Positions 10,971 through 24,805 of a stretch of 64,000 nucleotides of DNA are shown here, piece by piece. The stretch is taken from assembly GCA_037447605.1 (NCBI GenBank), contig CM074804.1, forward strand, positions 7,603,909-7,667,908, in the 5' to 3' direction. Source of the DNA: Zygnema circumcarinatum SAG 698-1b. Lineage: Eukaryota > Plantae > Zygnematophyceae. Under the pieces are notes generated by a model. It saw nothing but the letters and a program-made list of their open reading frames with translations. It did not search any database and was not told the DNA's origin. Position 1 is the stretch's first letter; each line of letters begins with the position of its first letter. The translations under genes and the position numbers were made by a program.

Positions 10971-11190
10971 CAACAACAACATTGTACATGAACAACAACA
11001 ACAACAAGCACTGTGCATGAACAACACCATTGTGCATGAACAATAACAACATTTTACATGAACAACAACAACATTGTGCATGAACAACAACAACATATTG
11101 TACGTGAACAAAAAACAACAACAACATTGTACATGAACAACAAAAACAATATTGTACATGAACAACAACAAAAGCAACCTTGTACATGTC
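10971..11190. repeat. Compound minisatellite: nine TGT(A/G)CATG cores separated by variable (AAC)n runs
   Basis: Cores at about 10983, 11012, 11031, 11053, 11075, 11099, 11128, 11153 and 11181; spacing 19-29 bp. Confidence 0.9.
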
Positions 11191-11842
11191 AACAGCGGGA
11201 TGAGACATGGATGTGGCATTGATCTCACGATGGTGATGCCACCAAATGGACATGGACAAGCACAACACAGGAACCGCTCGCAAGGGACATAAGGACGAAA
11301 GTACGAGCTATGAGCGCAACTTTGCTTCTAGGCCAACAACACAACACGGATCTAGAGTCTAGATGCCGCCGTGAGATGCCCTCCCTCGCTCGCTCCACTA
11401 GAGAATTTCAAGGTCTCCGTTATCCAAGGAGGCTCGACAAAAACCACTCCAATTTGTTTGTTGGACGTTCCACAACAACATGCGAGCATGAAAGCAGGAG
11501 GCACCATGAACACGCCGTCTGGGGGAATGCCCCCACGCGGACCCCTCCCCCTTGGCACCTCGGTCGACCAGAATATCGAGATAATCGAGATATTTGATGG
11601 CTCAGTGAAGGCATTGTGCCGGCAAGTGCTGCATGGTACCATACCATACGAATTCATACGGCCTTTATTGAGAGGCATGGCCATGGCCATGGCATGGCCA
11701 TCCGCGCTAAAGCCCAAGCCCAAACCTAGCCCTTGCCTTGGCCTTGGCCCTGCTCCTGCACGCTCCTGCCGGCTGGCTCTCTCGCTCTCTCTCTCTCGCG
11801 CCCTCTGCTGCTGCTGCTGCTGCTGCTTGAAGGGGAGGCAGG

Positions 11843-14800
11843 ATGCCTGCGCCAGTCGCCTCGGAGCGCTATGTGGACACGAAGAGGAAGGATGACGTGC
11901 GGCAGGCCAACATCCAGGCGGCCAAGGCGGTGGCGCAGGCCATCCGCACCAGTTTGGGCCCTCGCGGGATGGACAAGATGCTCACCACCGGCACGGGGGA
12001 GGTCATCATCACCAACGACGGCGCCACCATTCTCAACAAGGTCAGGACCGGGAAATTGCCGTGTGGTGGCAAGGGTTGCAGATGAAGCTGCAGGTGGATC
12101 CACTTCGTGTAAGAGAGGGAGGATTCTGGATGCGAGCCTTGCAGTACTCGTCATGAATTTTTTTCGCAGGCGGAAGCGTGCAAGTTCCAGTATTGAATTA
12201 TCACTCATTCGCTGATATGTGCAGAAGGAAGGTTTTCATAAAAAACTTAATTAGAAGTTGCAAATTCTGAGTCAGTGGTAAGCCCATCTGAAGCCTCCCC
12301 TGAGGGAGGCATATTTTTGCAAAGCCTTGGTCTCCTCAAGTTCCCTGAGTAGCGGTATCCCCTGAGGATGAACCCTAGCCCCTTCCTGAATTCTGCTGTT
12401 CCTATTTGTGACAGATGGAAGTGACGCAGCCAGCTGCAAAGATGCTGGTGGAGCTTTCAAAGTCCCAAGATATTGTTGCTGGAGATGGCACAACTACAGG
12501 TTAGCTCAAATCAAGACTTGTGTAACCAACAGGAGCAAGAGGAATAGGCTGTTAAAAAAATGGGCGATTTATTACACCAATAACAGTGCACATTTGGAGA
12601 AACGCTTGCAAACGGTTTATCGGGAGTGAGTTGTGATGTAGCTGATAGTCCTTTAGTCTCAGAATAATGCAAAATCCGATGGGCGGCATAATCTACCATG
12701 TTTGCTATCATTGTCATTCATGAAATGAAACTTCGGCGAATCAGAGGAGAAGTCCTCCTCCAAAGTCCCCTGTTCCTAGTCTCTAGCTGTTTCTGTGAAA
12801 AAGTGAACGCTTATGGTGGATTCTGAAGTTATTGCAACGCAGTCAATTCCTTGGATAGTCTCCTCATTGATGGTGTTTGCTTATGCAGTGGTCGTTCTCG
12901 CGGGTGCCTTTCTATCACAATGTCTGACCCTCCTGGCACGCGGAGTTCATCCAACCGTTATTTCTGAGGCCCTTTTCAAGGCATCCGATAAAGCAGTCGA
13001 GGTGAGCATTCATTTATTTTTGGAATCTATTTTTGCAAGGGTTAAAAAAACTGAAGCCTGGGCCTTTGTAAAACCCATTGTAGTCATAGGTTGTGATGAA
13101 ACTTCTCTATATGTTCATTGTCATTCATGCTCCTTTGACTGCTGAACTTGCTGGAGGCTTGTGAGTTTCACGGTTTTAGTCAAATGAAGGTTTTGTGCAT
13201 TTCAGATAATGTTGGTTTTTGGATAAGAAAACGAATTTTGGAGAATTGTCGTTTGTGGAACGTGAAATGGCCTTCTAAAGTGTCTGTGCACCTGTCTGTG
13301 ATTCAGATTTTGACTGCCATGGCTATTCCAGTTGAGCTGTCGGACAGGGAATCGCTAGTAAAGAGTGCAAGCACATCACTAAACAGCAAAGTGAGTTCCT
13401 AGCATTTGGATTGTTCCAATCGGATGTCTTATGCCATGGATTAGAAAGGATTCTCCTTCCGGTGCAAAACGCATGCAAGAGTGCGTATGTTTGAGTTTTG
13501 CGAGATACGAGGAGGCCTTGTTAACGAGCCTGTGAGAGTCGAGAAAAGCCTCTTTGAGTAGGGACACTAGTTAGAGCTAGATTTTGCTCCATATGGGGGT
13601 GCAGTTTATCCTCAACAACAGATATTTGTGAGCATTTTTTTGTTGTTTTTGGTAGCCGTGCTTACGAATATATGCGATTGTGGATCTCATTTGCAAGTAT
13701 GTTGAGTGTTTTGCATATCTGAGCCTTGTTGGCAACATCGTGTATTTAGGAGTAATGCTGAGAAGTATGGTCTCCCGAGTCTTCGTCTCTTCAGAGTTTG
13801 CTGTCTTGCAACTTGTATAGGAGGATTATTACTCGCTAGCACAGTTAATTTCAAGATCGTAGCGTCAAAAAGCTGAAGAATGATTTATTGCCATTGACAG
13901 CTTGAAACTTGAACTAACTTGGGAGTGATCTTTCCTTGAACCTCAGGTGGTGAGTCAATACTCATCATTGCTCGCTCCGCTTGCTGTCGACTGCGTATTG
14001 AACGTGGTGGACCCATCAAGACCAGACTCTGTTGATCTGCGCGACATCAAAGTGATCAAGAAACTTGGAGGAACGGTATGCCATTGACCTTCCTAAGCTA
14101 TTTTATAGAACTGAAGCCGAGCATTCTTGTGGAATTGCACGTACCAGTTGATCAAGTCAAAGATATTCTTTATCTTGAGCAAGGATAGACAGGGGTGATT
14201 CCTGCTCCTTTTTCGGTCTCAGTCATTTCCATTGGTGGTCTTACCGGCCCTCACCTGACTTTCAGGGTGATGTGACTCACATTTCAGATTGATGATACGG
14301 AAATGGTGCGAGGGCTGGTGTTCGATTCTAAAGCAAGTCACACTGCCGGTGGGCCGACAAGGGTGGAAAATGCCAAGATAGGCCTCATACAGTTTCAAAT
14401 ATCACCTCCGAAATCAGACATGGAGCAGAACATTATCATCTCGGACTACAGTCAGGTATGCACCTGTGTAAGAATTAGGTTTGGCACCTTGCCAGTACAT
14501 ATGTGGAGTTGGTGGGTCTTGCTCTGACAATTGAGGAGAGCGCGTGCACGATGGTGGAATGACTTTTGACGGGCGTGCTTAGTTGTTGGGTTCTTTTGCA
14601 GATGGACCGCATCCTGAAAGAAGAGCGAAACTACATCTTGGGAATGATAAAAAAGATCCGCTCAACTGGGTGTAATGTTGTTCTCATTCAGAAAAGCATT
14701 CTACGGGATGCAGTCACAGACCTATCTCTCCACTACCTTGCGAAAGCCAAGATTCTAGTGATTAAGGATGTGGAGCGGGAAGATATTGAATTCATCAGCA

Positions 14801-17149
14801 AAACTCTAAACTGCCTTCCTATAGCCAACATTGAACATTTCAGGGCAGAGAAATTGGGCCAGGCAGAACTGGTTGAAGAGACTACTGTTGGCGAAGGGAA
14901 GGTGAGCTGTTGTTGATTAGTCTCTTTTGGGTCTTTTGACATTGTAGTAACAAACCAGTTTGCTCTCGTACCCCTCGATTTCGAACTTTTCAGGACTTGT
15001 GACTAATTGCAGATTAACTGTGGAGAAGGCTTCTCATGAAGTGGAGCTGTTTTTCATCTCAGCGAAGTATCAGTTGTTTATATGGCCTCATTTCCTGCTT
15101 ACGTGAAATCACATGCAAAGCTATGTCGATATATGCCACTAAAAAGTGGTTATCCTCTTCACACTGTGGTTGAAGGATTGAGCAATTGCAACTAATTGGA
15201 CCCTACGGGTGGCTACGGTTTCTGTTCCACAGATAGTGAAGATAACTGGCATAAAGAACATGGGACGCACAATGACTGTTATTGTTAGAGGCTCTAATCA
15301 ACTGGTAAGTCTCTTTTCACGAATACCTGTGCCCTTTCAACATTCAGTTTAATGGCAACGCGTAACTTTGGGATTACGGATTTGCTTTCACAAAGACTCC
15401 TCCTTCATCCTCTGTTCGTCTTCGTTTGAGGGAGTTGCCTGTGTACTGCAAACACATTTTTGCGTGATGAACTTTTGGCATTACTGTTTCGCTTTTTTAG
15501 GTTTTGCTTTTTCGGAAGGTGAGAAGATTGCTAAAAGGTTCCAATTCATGCTTTATCAGTTCAAATGGAGATATCCGATCGGTGGATCCTTCTTGCTCAT
15601 AGGGCCTGCATCCTCCTTGTGGCACCTATAGATTTCATCAGATACTACTAGTATGCTATAGAATACAAGATAATTCAATATTTGTATCGTCGGCACTAAA
15701 TTATATTATGAACATGATGCTCCTGGGTTCTAGCCAGCCCGCGGGCTTCTTTGAAACTGCTGATGCTTAGGGTCGGCACTCCTTCAGTTGTTCTACATTT
15801 TGCACCTTCCTCGCTTCTGCAGGTGCTCGGAGAAGCGGAGAGGAGTCTTCACGATGCTCTCTGTGTAGTGCGCTGCCTTGTAAGCAAGCGCTTTCTCATA
15901 GCGGGAGGTGGAGCCCCTGAGATTGAAATTTCTCGGCAGCTGGGGGCATGGGCCAAGACCCTTCATGGGATGGAGAGCTACTGCATCCGAGCTTTTGCGG
16001 AAGCGTTGGAGGTATGTTGCCATAAGCAGACAACTTCAGATTCTTGTATGTGAGTCTCAAAAAGTCAGGGCTAGCTCTTGTGTGAGGTTTTTCCTTTTCC
16101 ATGAAGTGGAATGTGTACAGGTTAGGTAGGGCTCCTGATAGAGAACCTTGGCCCAGTTTCTGGAGAAGAAGTGCTGGCCTCTTAGTGGACGTATGCATCC
16201 TGAATAGATGTCCCCTTGTCACGGTCCACATCCGTCCGAGTTACAAAGCCTTTAAGACATCCAAACTGCGCCCATCCAAACCATAGATCCATCCATGTCA
16301 CTCAAATAATCCTCCATACATTAGCAATTCAATGTCTTGAGTTCGGTAAAACAAACAAAATCATATGGTATCATGTTGTTGGTTTCAAAGAAAGCCTTCC
16401 ATTCGTACTTCCCCATGTTCCTCACATTCCTCAGGTTTTGGCTGGAGATGCCCCCCAAGGAAGGAAAGTATTGAAAGCTCCATGCCGTCATTTGTATCAT
16501 GCCCTTTGCATCATGCCCTTTGCGAGAGTCTGCGTTTAGCTGTCAGTTGAGTGCATTCACTTGTCTCAGCCCCTCAAGGGGAGGTTGTCTTGTATCAGGT
16601 CATCCCATACACTTTGGCGGAGAATGCCGGGCTCAACCCCATTTCTATTGTGACGGAGCTTCGGAATCGACATGCAAATGGAGAGGTAGGTGCTTACTTG
16701 AGTTTGGATGATGCCTATTAAGAATTCTGTCCGTGCTGCTTTTGTTCATAGATAAGGTTCTTGAATCTTCCAAGAGTCATCTCTGTTCACTTCTGCTCGG
16801 TACAACCCTGAAGATTATTGCCTTGCATTGAGCGCTGAATCTCGTATTGAAGGTGAACTATCATCCTAGGCTTTCCTATTTCGATTGAAATTGGCCACTG
16901 GGTGGAAGTGGGCCTCAGTTCACAAATTGAGGACAGGTTGCAGCATGTTGTTGTTGTTGATGTTTATACCTTTGACTTTGGCTTGGCCTGCAGATCAACA
17001 CGGGAATCAACGTTCGGAAAGGAACCATCACCAACATTTTGGATGAGAATGTGGTCCAGCCCCTTTTGGTCAGCACGAGCGCAGTGTCCTTAGCCACAGA
17101 ATGCGTTAGGATGATTTTGAAAATTGATGACATCGTCATCACGAGGTAG
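11843..17149 (+). CDS. CCT4: T-complex protein 1 subunit delta (cytosolic chaperonin CCT4), 11 exons
   Basis: [52 protein letters not shown] and ILKIDDIV motifs; all introns GT-AG and in phase; stop TAG at 17147-17149. Confidence 0.97.
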
Positions 17150-18205
17150 GTAGGCAGGCCAGGCAGTAAGAAGGGCTTCTTCTCTTCTGGTAGGAGAGGG
17201 AGGAAACGAGAGAATAAGAAAGGGTCTTTTGTGCCCGCCCTGCCTCCTCGCCTGCCCTTTTTGCCGCCCCACTTCGCACCGTTGAACATACACGAAAAGG
17301 TTTACATGTACCCTGTTTTGTTTGTGAGGAGCATGTCACCGTCGGCTTCATGGAACAACGCTTTCCAGTCCAACCAGGTCCGTTCGATGCAACGCAGGAC
17401 GTCACGATTTCGTCCGAACCTCCGACGGCGCACATGCGTCCGCCGCTGTCCATGGACGGTCGCGCTGAAATTTAAATTTGTCGTTTAGTGTGCGTCACGC
17501 CACCCTGGTCCCACTTGAGCTCGGGTGGCGCCAGCTTGGACGAATCCTGGCCGTACTTTTTCGTACGGTACGGCCCGAGCATGGCTCCAAGTGGATCCTC
17601 CATTCTTCGTTTGGAGTCGCGTTCACAAACATAACGTTGTTTTTTGAGAAACTGGTTTTGAAATTTTTCTTTATTTTTCGAGAATCCAAAATCCTTAAAT
17701 TTTTCTTCTCAACCTGTTCGGTTTTTCCATTTAACAAGAACAAGAACTAGATCTAAAGCCGTACATAATGTACGGAATCAGTTATTGGTACGAATGTGCG
17801 ATCGTCCGTACAAGGGGGAAGCGGTTTCTTGAGGGTCTTGCTGGCGCTTGGGGCGGTCGTTGATATGCTCCCGCCAAGCTCCAGCCATGGAGGCGGAGGC
17901 CAGGGAAGGGAGGAGGGCGGGAGCTGCAGGCGTGTGGAGCCTCGGCTGCAGGGGCGAGTAGGGGGGCGGAGAGGAGAGGTAGCCCTCTAAGAGAGCTGCC
18001 GGCCTCATGGATTTTTCAGCGGCTTCATTTGGAGTTTGGTGGGGGGAGCTAGGGCTGGCGAGGAGCAGGAGTTGTTGCCTGACTGATAAAGAAGGGGGGA
18101 GGAGGATTTAAAGGCAGGGGGGACCCCAGGGAGGGAGTGGCGAGAGTTGGTTTGTTTTGTAAAATTGGCGGTGGAAAGGGGGGGGGGATTAGGAAGGGAG
18201 TCTCC

Positions 18206-21200
18206 ATGGCAGGTCGGAGCATGTCTGCATTCCACAAAAGTCGGCCCGGTAGGGTTGCAAGGATGGAGGGCTACGCGCTCGCAGCTATGGCCTTCACTGT
18301 CTCGATGTTTGTCGTTCATGGCGACGGCCATGAAGGTGCGTTCTGCAGCTTGGCTTTGTCTGCATTAGAGGCTGTAGAATGCGAGCAAGGCCACGTGTCA
18401 CAGCTGCACAGCGGTTTAGTTTAAAGACTTGAGGGGTTTTGTCGTTCAAGCTATTCGATTCGAGCGCTAACAAAGCTCTAAATGACCATTCGGATCATTA
18501 AATTTGATATGTTGAATGCTTGGTCAGTGGCAGACGTTATCTTTCTTTTTAACGATTTTAATGGAAAGAAGCATTCGCGGTAGTCATAATGGAAAGATTC
18601 CTGATCTTGTCGACGTTGATTTCTTTCATTGGCAACAAGTCCAGGTCCTTAGTAAAGCTTCTTGAGATGTTTGCGTAGGTTTGTTTCTCAGGGCGGTCTG
18701 TTTTGCCTAGGAATGCGAAAAAATACATTTAAGCTCTCAATCGGATACTGAAGCTGTGAGAGTGCAGCTGGAGCTTATCTCCTGTTTCTGTGAACTTCTG
18801 TCGATCGTTTAGTGGTATGTTTTACAAGGTCTGCAACTAAATTCTTTGTCCCGCTGGCTGCACAGTAAATGGGTACCTTTCCTGAGGGGATGCAGATTGG
18901 AAAAATGCACCAGAGTGGCAGGTTGATACGGCATATCAAAAGGGAAGCATTGGATTTCCGAGACGAGTATTGCTGCAGAATTGTAAGCTCTTCCCGATGG
19001 CTCGACTACTTTTAGGAATTTCATTTTTTCAGTTGTGAAACCAATTACAGATGCCCATCAGTAAAAGTGGAATTGAATGGATTGCGTTGAATAATGTACT
19101 TATCAGCTCCAAATCACTGTAGTGCCTCTCGCCACAGTTTTGTTCCAGAGACTCATAGATCATTGATCTACAATCTCGTGGCCTGCATGCTGCGTGCTGC
19201 AATTCACAGCTTCTTGTGTTTGTTGTTGCTTGTGCAGCACCGCCTGCTCCTCCCCCCCCGGCTGGTCCGTCGAACATGACAGTTTATGCTCCCCCAGGTA
19301 TTCACTCAAGCGTACTTATCCAGTTGGTTGGCCCATGCTTTGATAGAAATACCAATCTTTCATGTAACTTCGCAGCGGGGAAGTAGCGAACAAATTCTGT
19401 ACAAGTGTTATAGCATAGCCTTAAGCTGGATTGGTATTTAACCACACATGTGACCAGTAAAGAACACATGTGTTAAACAATTAGCTGTTGAGCCTTGTCT
19501 GCTGCTGGCTTGGTTTACGAAGTTCAAACAAGAGCATTTGGACTTGAACGCTGACTCTTTCATGTCTTCCACTGAACGAGTTTAGATGCAATGCAAGCAT
19601 TTGAACACTATTACCGTTGTGTATTTAGGATGTGTGGCTGACCGTCATCAAAGGTTGGGTGAAATGAAACTCACTGATTTCTAAGCCAAGTTTCGACTTA
19701 GGTGTATTTACGAGTGCAGTCTGCTCTCTGAACTATCTAGCGTCTCTTAATTCTTCGTGTCTCCATAAGTGCCGTCCTAGGAAGCTAAAATGCCCCTAGC
19801 ATTGCATAATAAGACAAACATGATACCATTTGTATAAACTTAAAGGAAGAAATTTCTGTAGAGATTATGAATTCAGCGCCGTCGTCCCATTTTCTTTTCG
19901 TGTCTAGCCGTATATAGCCCTTAGCCCTAGCTTGCAGCTTTTCTTATTGGCATCGAGGTCCTTTAGCTAAATAATTATCTAGGTATCTTTTTTGTCCCTC
20001 CAATGTGATGGATTTAGAGAGGATAGGGTGCATTCTGGAATTGTTGAGACAGACCATACCGGCTCCCTACAATTTGCAGGATCTGATAGCACGAAGGTTT
20101 GATTTTTGGAAGGAGAATGAGAGGAAGACAAGAAAAAGGGGGTGATGTCGAGGGAGGTAGAGGGAAAGGGAGGGAAGTGCACGAGGGTTAGAAAGAGACA
20201 TGGGAGTGGGAGAAACGATTGTTTGGGATTGGAAGTTGCAGTTTATGATATGTTTTGCAGAATGAATGACTAAAGTGACACCCATAAAGGTTTTTATTGT
20301 CTAGAGTTCAGTTTCAGGATGGGCCGACTCCAGTCATTCTGAATATCAATCACCTAACTCTGGTCCGTTGGGTTTGACTATGATCAAACCCTCTGAACAA
20401 GTTGTGACTTCATCTCTCGCTGACTTGTGTTGAGGATTGCTAGCGATATCGGTCAGCTATCTCCCCAACAGTTGAACCTTTTCAGTTGAATCTTTTCAGA
20501 TTTTACCTGAAGGTTGACATGAAGCTCCTGCATCCTTTGCAGGCATGACCTCCTCGGGAGCGAATGTGGCCGGCTGTGAGGACCGCTGCTCGCAATCGTG
20601 GGAGATATTGGGCCTCTACTCCACTCCACCTGACTGTCCATGCGTTTACCCTCTCGAGCTCAAGTTGCTTCTCTCGAATTCCTCGCAAGTTACCCCAGAA
20701 TTTCTGAATGATTTCGCCCAAGAGCTTAACCTTTCTATGGACCCAAAGAAGCAATTGATCCTTTATGCTTTGACTTACTTACCAGCTTCGGCGACCCTCA
20801 AAGTTATCCCCATTAATGAAACACAATTTCCTGCTACCACAGTGGCCCGCATTCGGAATGCGCTAAAAAACAATCTGGTGAAGTTGCCTGCAAGTCTTGG
20901 AAACTTCACATTCGGTAGCTTATCCCAACTTGATCCTCCGCCACCACCTCCACCTAGTAAGCTCCACCAAAGCCCTCGTTTTGCGAAGCTGCCTTGCACA
21001 ATAACTTTTGTGATTTCATGCATTTGGAAGGAAATGTGAGGATCATCGGCTTCCTTCATGCATGTTTATCGTGTCCCTTTGCCTTTCCAACCTCATACTT
21101 ACTACTCAAGTCGCGGTGTCCCTGTTCTATGGCTCTTAATCGTCAAGAAGGTGCATTCGCATAAAAGCATTGAACAATGGTCTTTCGTTTATGTTCATTA

Positions 21201-23987
21201 TTCGTTGACCAATGTGTTTTTGCTTTGTTGCACGGCAGGCCCTCCTCCACCTCCGTCCCCACCCCCGCCTCCATCGCCACCGCCATCGCCCCCCCCTCCT
21301 CCAAAGAAGAAAAGCACAAGTTTGGCTTTGATACTTGGGATAATCGCGGGTTCGGTGGTGCTTCTAGTCGCCCTTTTATGGATCATATGTTTGTACAGAT
21401 GGCCGGCTAGTCGGAATGAAAAGGCGAACGGCAAATGTGAGTCGAATGGAGCATAGTACTATTGCAATGACATATGCGGAGAAGCGTTAATGTATGAGAA
21501 TGTTGGCAATTCCAGTCAAGAAATTTCATACGCTGGGCTCTGAATTGGGCATCAACAGTGTGTGCTTATTTAGAGCCCAAACCTTTTATCCCGGTCGGAG
21601 AGCACTCTCTTTAGCGTCCTCTTTTCCCTCTTGTCTTCCTTGTCGTCCTCCTCCTCCTCCTCCTTGTCTTCCTCGAGAAATTTATTGAAAATTGTTGGGC
21701 TGTGGGAGGGAGTTGCCCGCAGTGATATCTGGGAATGCTGGCAGTTTAAGGAACAACTCCTATCGAGATATTTCCTCCATTCCACGTCCAATGAGTACAC
21801 GTGTGTTCTCCTTCGAGGAACTTCTGGAAGCAACCAGCAGGTGAGAAGGCTTTTGGCTGCTTCTTCGCCCTTCCTCAGTGCTGTACCAAAGGAGGTGTTC
21901 ACGCACTGGTAGATATTTTAGACCAAACTAATCTCAGACCTCTACTGGATATTGTTCGTTTTTCAGTTTTGAGAACTCCATGCTTCTTGGAGAGGGAGGG
22001 TTTGGACGTGTGTACCGCGGAAAGCTACGGGATGGAACAAACGTGGCCATCAAGAAGTTGACTACTGGGAGCCATCAAGGAGGGAGAGAGTTTTTGGTGG
22101 AGGTGGAGATGTTGAGCCGGCTGCACCATCGGCACCTTGTGAAGCTGATTGGGTACTATGCAAGCAGGGACTCGTTGCATCAACTGCTCTGTTATGAGCT
22201 TGTCCCCAATGGCAGTCTCGAGTTTTGGCTTCATGGTAGGCTGCAGCATGCTATGAGCCCCTACTTTCCTTTTAATGACTTCAAAACCTAATGATCATCA
22301 AGACATCTCAAACTCAGGGCTACAATCTTAATGCCATGTGTTTCCTCTGGCCAGAGGCATTGTCAATGCCAGTTCCTTTCCTTTTGGTCAAGTAGTAGGA
22401 CTTGGGTCAGGTCTTAGATTAAGATTAATGTTTATGGCTAGGTTTTGGGGTAGGATTAGTGCTACTGTTGTAGTTTGGGTGAGGTTCGGAACGAAGTTAG
22501 TTGGAGGCAAGTTCTCGAGTGTCGATGGAGGGCAGGACTACGAATAAGATTGAAGTTGAAGCTGGGATTAGCGCTGAGCATAGACACTGTGAGGAATTGT
22601 TCATGTTCACTCTAAGTCAGGCTCATCTGAAGATCTCAATGAGAAGATAGTCAATTTAGGTTTAGCCTAGTTTTGGTGATCGGGGTAGAATCAGGATTAG
22701 GGTTGGATGTTTGGAGCTAGAAGCGAATGACTATAGCTATCACACTCGTCTCAGTTCTCGTTCTCAGAATCATGTGTCTATTGAGTCCCGTGAGTGTTGG
22801 TCTTTAAAATGAGGAGATCAGGCACGCACTTACATTCCCTTTTTTTTAATATGTTCCGTTACTTCTCCTTGCTCTTGAATTAAAACCTCAAGTTTACGAA
22901 ATCTCTTATTTTGCTTGGTGGGGATTGGGGTGGGGGGTGAGATTGGGCCTGCAGGAAACATTGGAGATCGGCCTGGTCTGGATTGGGACTCAAGGATGAA
23001 GGTGGCAATTGGATCTGCGAGAGGCCTTGCATACCTCCATGAAGACAGTCAGCCATGTGTCATCCATAGGGACTTCAAAGCGAGCAACATTCTCCTATCT
23101 ATGGACTTTCATGCCAAGGTGGCAGACTTTGGGCTGGCAAAGCAGGCCCCAGAAGGGCAAGGAGCATATGTGTCGACACGCGTTATGGGGACATTCGGGT
23201 GAGTGCTGTACATATCTGCATGCAGTGCATCACTCTTCACTCAGGGCTTGGATAACAAACCCATAACGAAGCACTGGAGGGTGAGGGGGGTAACGAGCCT
23301 GAAAGCTTTTTAGGGTAATTACATTCGTCAGAAGGGCATTCTGGTCCAAAGGGAGCTCCAAAACAGCTTGCAGGACCTGGAGCAAGGGCCTGAAGTCAGG
23401 TACATAGGATGGCACGTTTGAAACTGAAACTGAGTCTGAAACTGTAACTGGAAGGTCCTGGTTGGCCTGCGGCTGAAGTACTGTTGCCGATGTTGATGCG
23501 CATATAGGTATGTCGCGCCGGAGTATGCAATGACAGGCCACCTTCTCGTGAAGAGTGATGTATACAGCTATGGAGTTGTGTTGCTGGAGCTGCTGACAGG
23601 GCGGAAACCGGTAGACATGGCACAGCCTAATGGAGAAGAGAATCTTGTCACTTGGGTAACCTTCCCCTCTTCCTCCCTCTTAGTCTCTCCTTCCTCTACG
23701 CTGTCTTTATGTTGTTTTAGCTCCGCTAATCTTTGGAGTTCACAGATTCATAGTGGGCCCATGTCTTAAGTGGAGGGGAGGGATGGAACGGGTGATGCGG
23801 CAGGCACGCCCACTGTTGGGAGATGTGGAGCGGCATCCTGAGCTAGTAGACCCAAGGCTTCAGGACAACTATCCTCCTGCAGACTTTGCGCAAGTAGCAG
23901 CCATTGCAGCGGCTTGTGTTGCCTCAGAAGCGGCGCAGCGTCCAACCATGGGAGAGGTGGTGCAGTCCTTGACGCTCGTGCAGGTTT

Positions 23988-24076
<89 letters not shown>

Positions 24077-24805
24077 GTTTCTGCTTGCCCCTCTCTCCCT
24101 TCTTCCCACTGTTTCTGAATAACTTCTGTTTGTCTCGGTACCTACACATCTGCGAGTCTCTTGACATTGTATTCCCCTTCCCTTGCAAGTTATCATTGTG
24201 CAAGCCTGAGTTCGTTTAGCTGTCGAAAGAAAGGTGTTGGACAGGACTTTATCCTTGGTATTGGTATAGGAGAATCGGCTTTCTAAGCCACCTTTGTGGG
24301 ATGTAAAAAGCAAGGGAAGGGAAGAGGCGAGTGATAAGGCTGGAATTAAAGTATGAACCGACGTACGGATTCAGTAGGAGGGAGAGTGAAGAGGAGAAGG
24401 ATCGAGATGCAGAGAGAGCGTGAGGTAAAGAGTGCGAGAGGAAACACTTATGAGGTGAAGCTGAGTGTAGCACTGAAGGTCCGCCTATGTTGCTGAGTGC
24501 AGCGTGAGTCGGACTACCCATATGGCGAGATCGCTCAAACGAGTAATCCTCCTCCTCCTCCCTTACTTGGTGGAGAGACTCCCTTTCAGCCTCCCACTAT
24601 TGAGATTCCCCAGTGGGTAGACAGCATGAAGAACGACCTCAAGTCCCCAGTTCCCGCTGGGGGGGACACGCCTGCCTCCGAGCAGTCCTTCATCTCCACT
24701 GAATCGGGACCCCTCTTTGCCCGCCAAATCTCCTCTACCTCACAGAGTCACGCGTCCAAGGTTCAAAACTCCTTCATTTCAGAAGACCTCTATGAGGGGA
24801 GATGA
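18206..24805 (+). CDS. Proline-rich (extensin-like) receptor-like Ser/Thr kinase of the ALE2 / At4g02010 type, multi-exon
   Basis: N-terminal hydrophobic segment; ectodomain with CPCVYP; SPPPP tracts; TM helix [22 protein letters not shown]; kinase motifs [54 protein letters not shown]. Some small 5' exons (19.2-20.4 kb) are uncertain. Confidence 0.93.
23989..24072. repeat. (CT)42 microsatellite
   Basis: Uninterrupted CT run starting 5 nt after the last 5' splice donor of the kinase gene. Confidence 0.98.

Noticed and set aside
15460-15600. GTGATGA (C-box-like) in a CCT4 intron
   Set aside because: No CTGA D-box at a plausible distance and no terminal stem.
23340-23360. CTGGTCCAAAGGGAGCTCCA resembles the 3' half of miR159/319
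   Set aside because: Several 5' mismatches and no complementary star arm nearby; it lies in a kinase intron.
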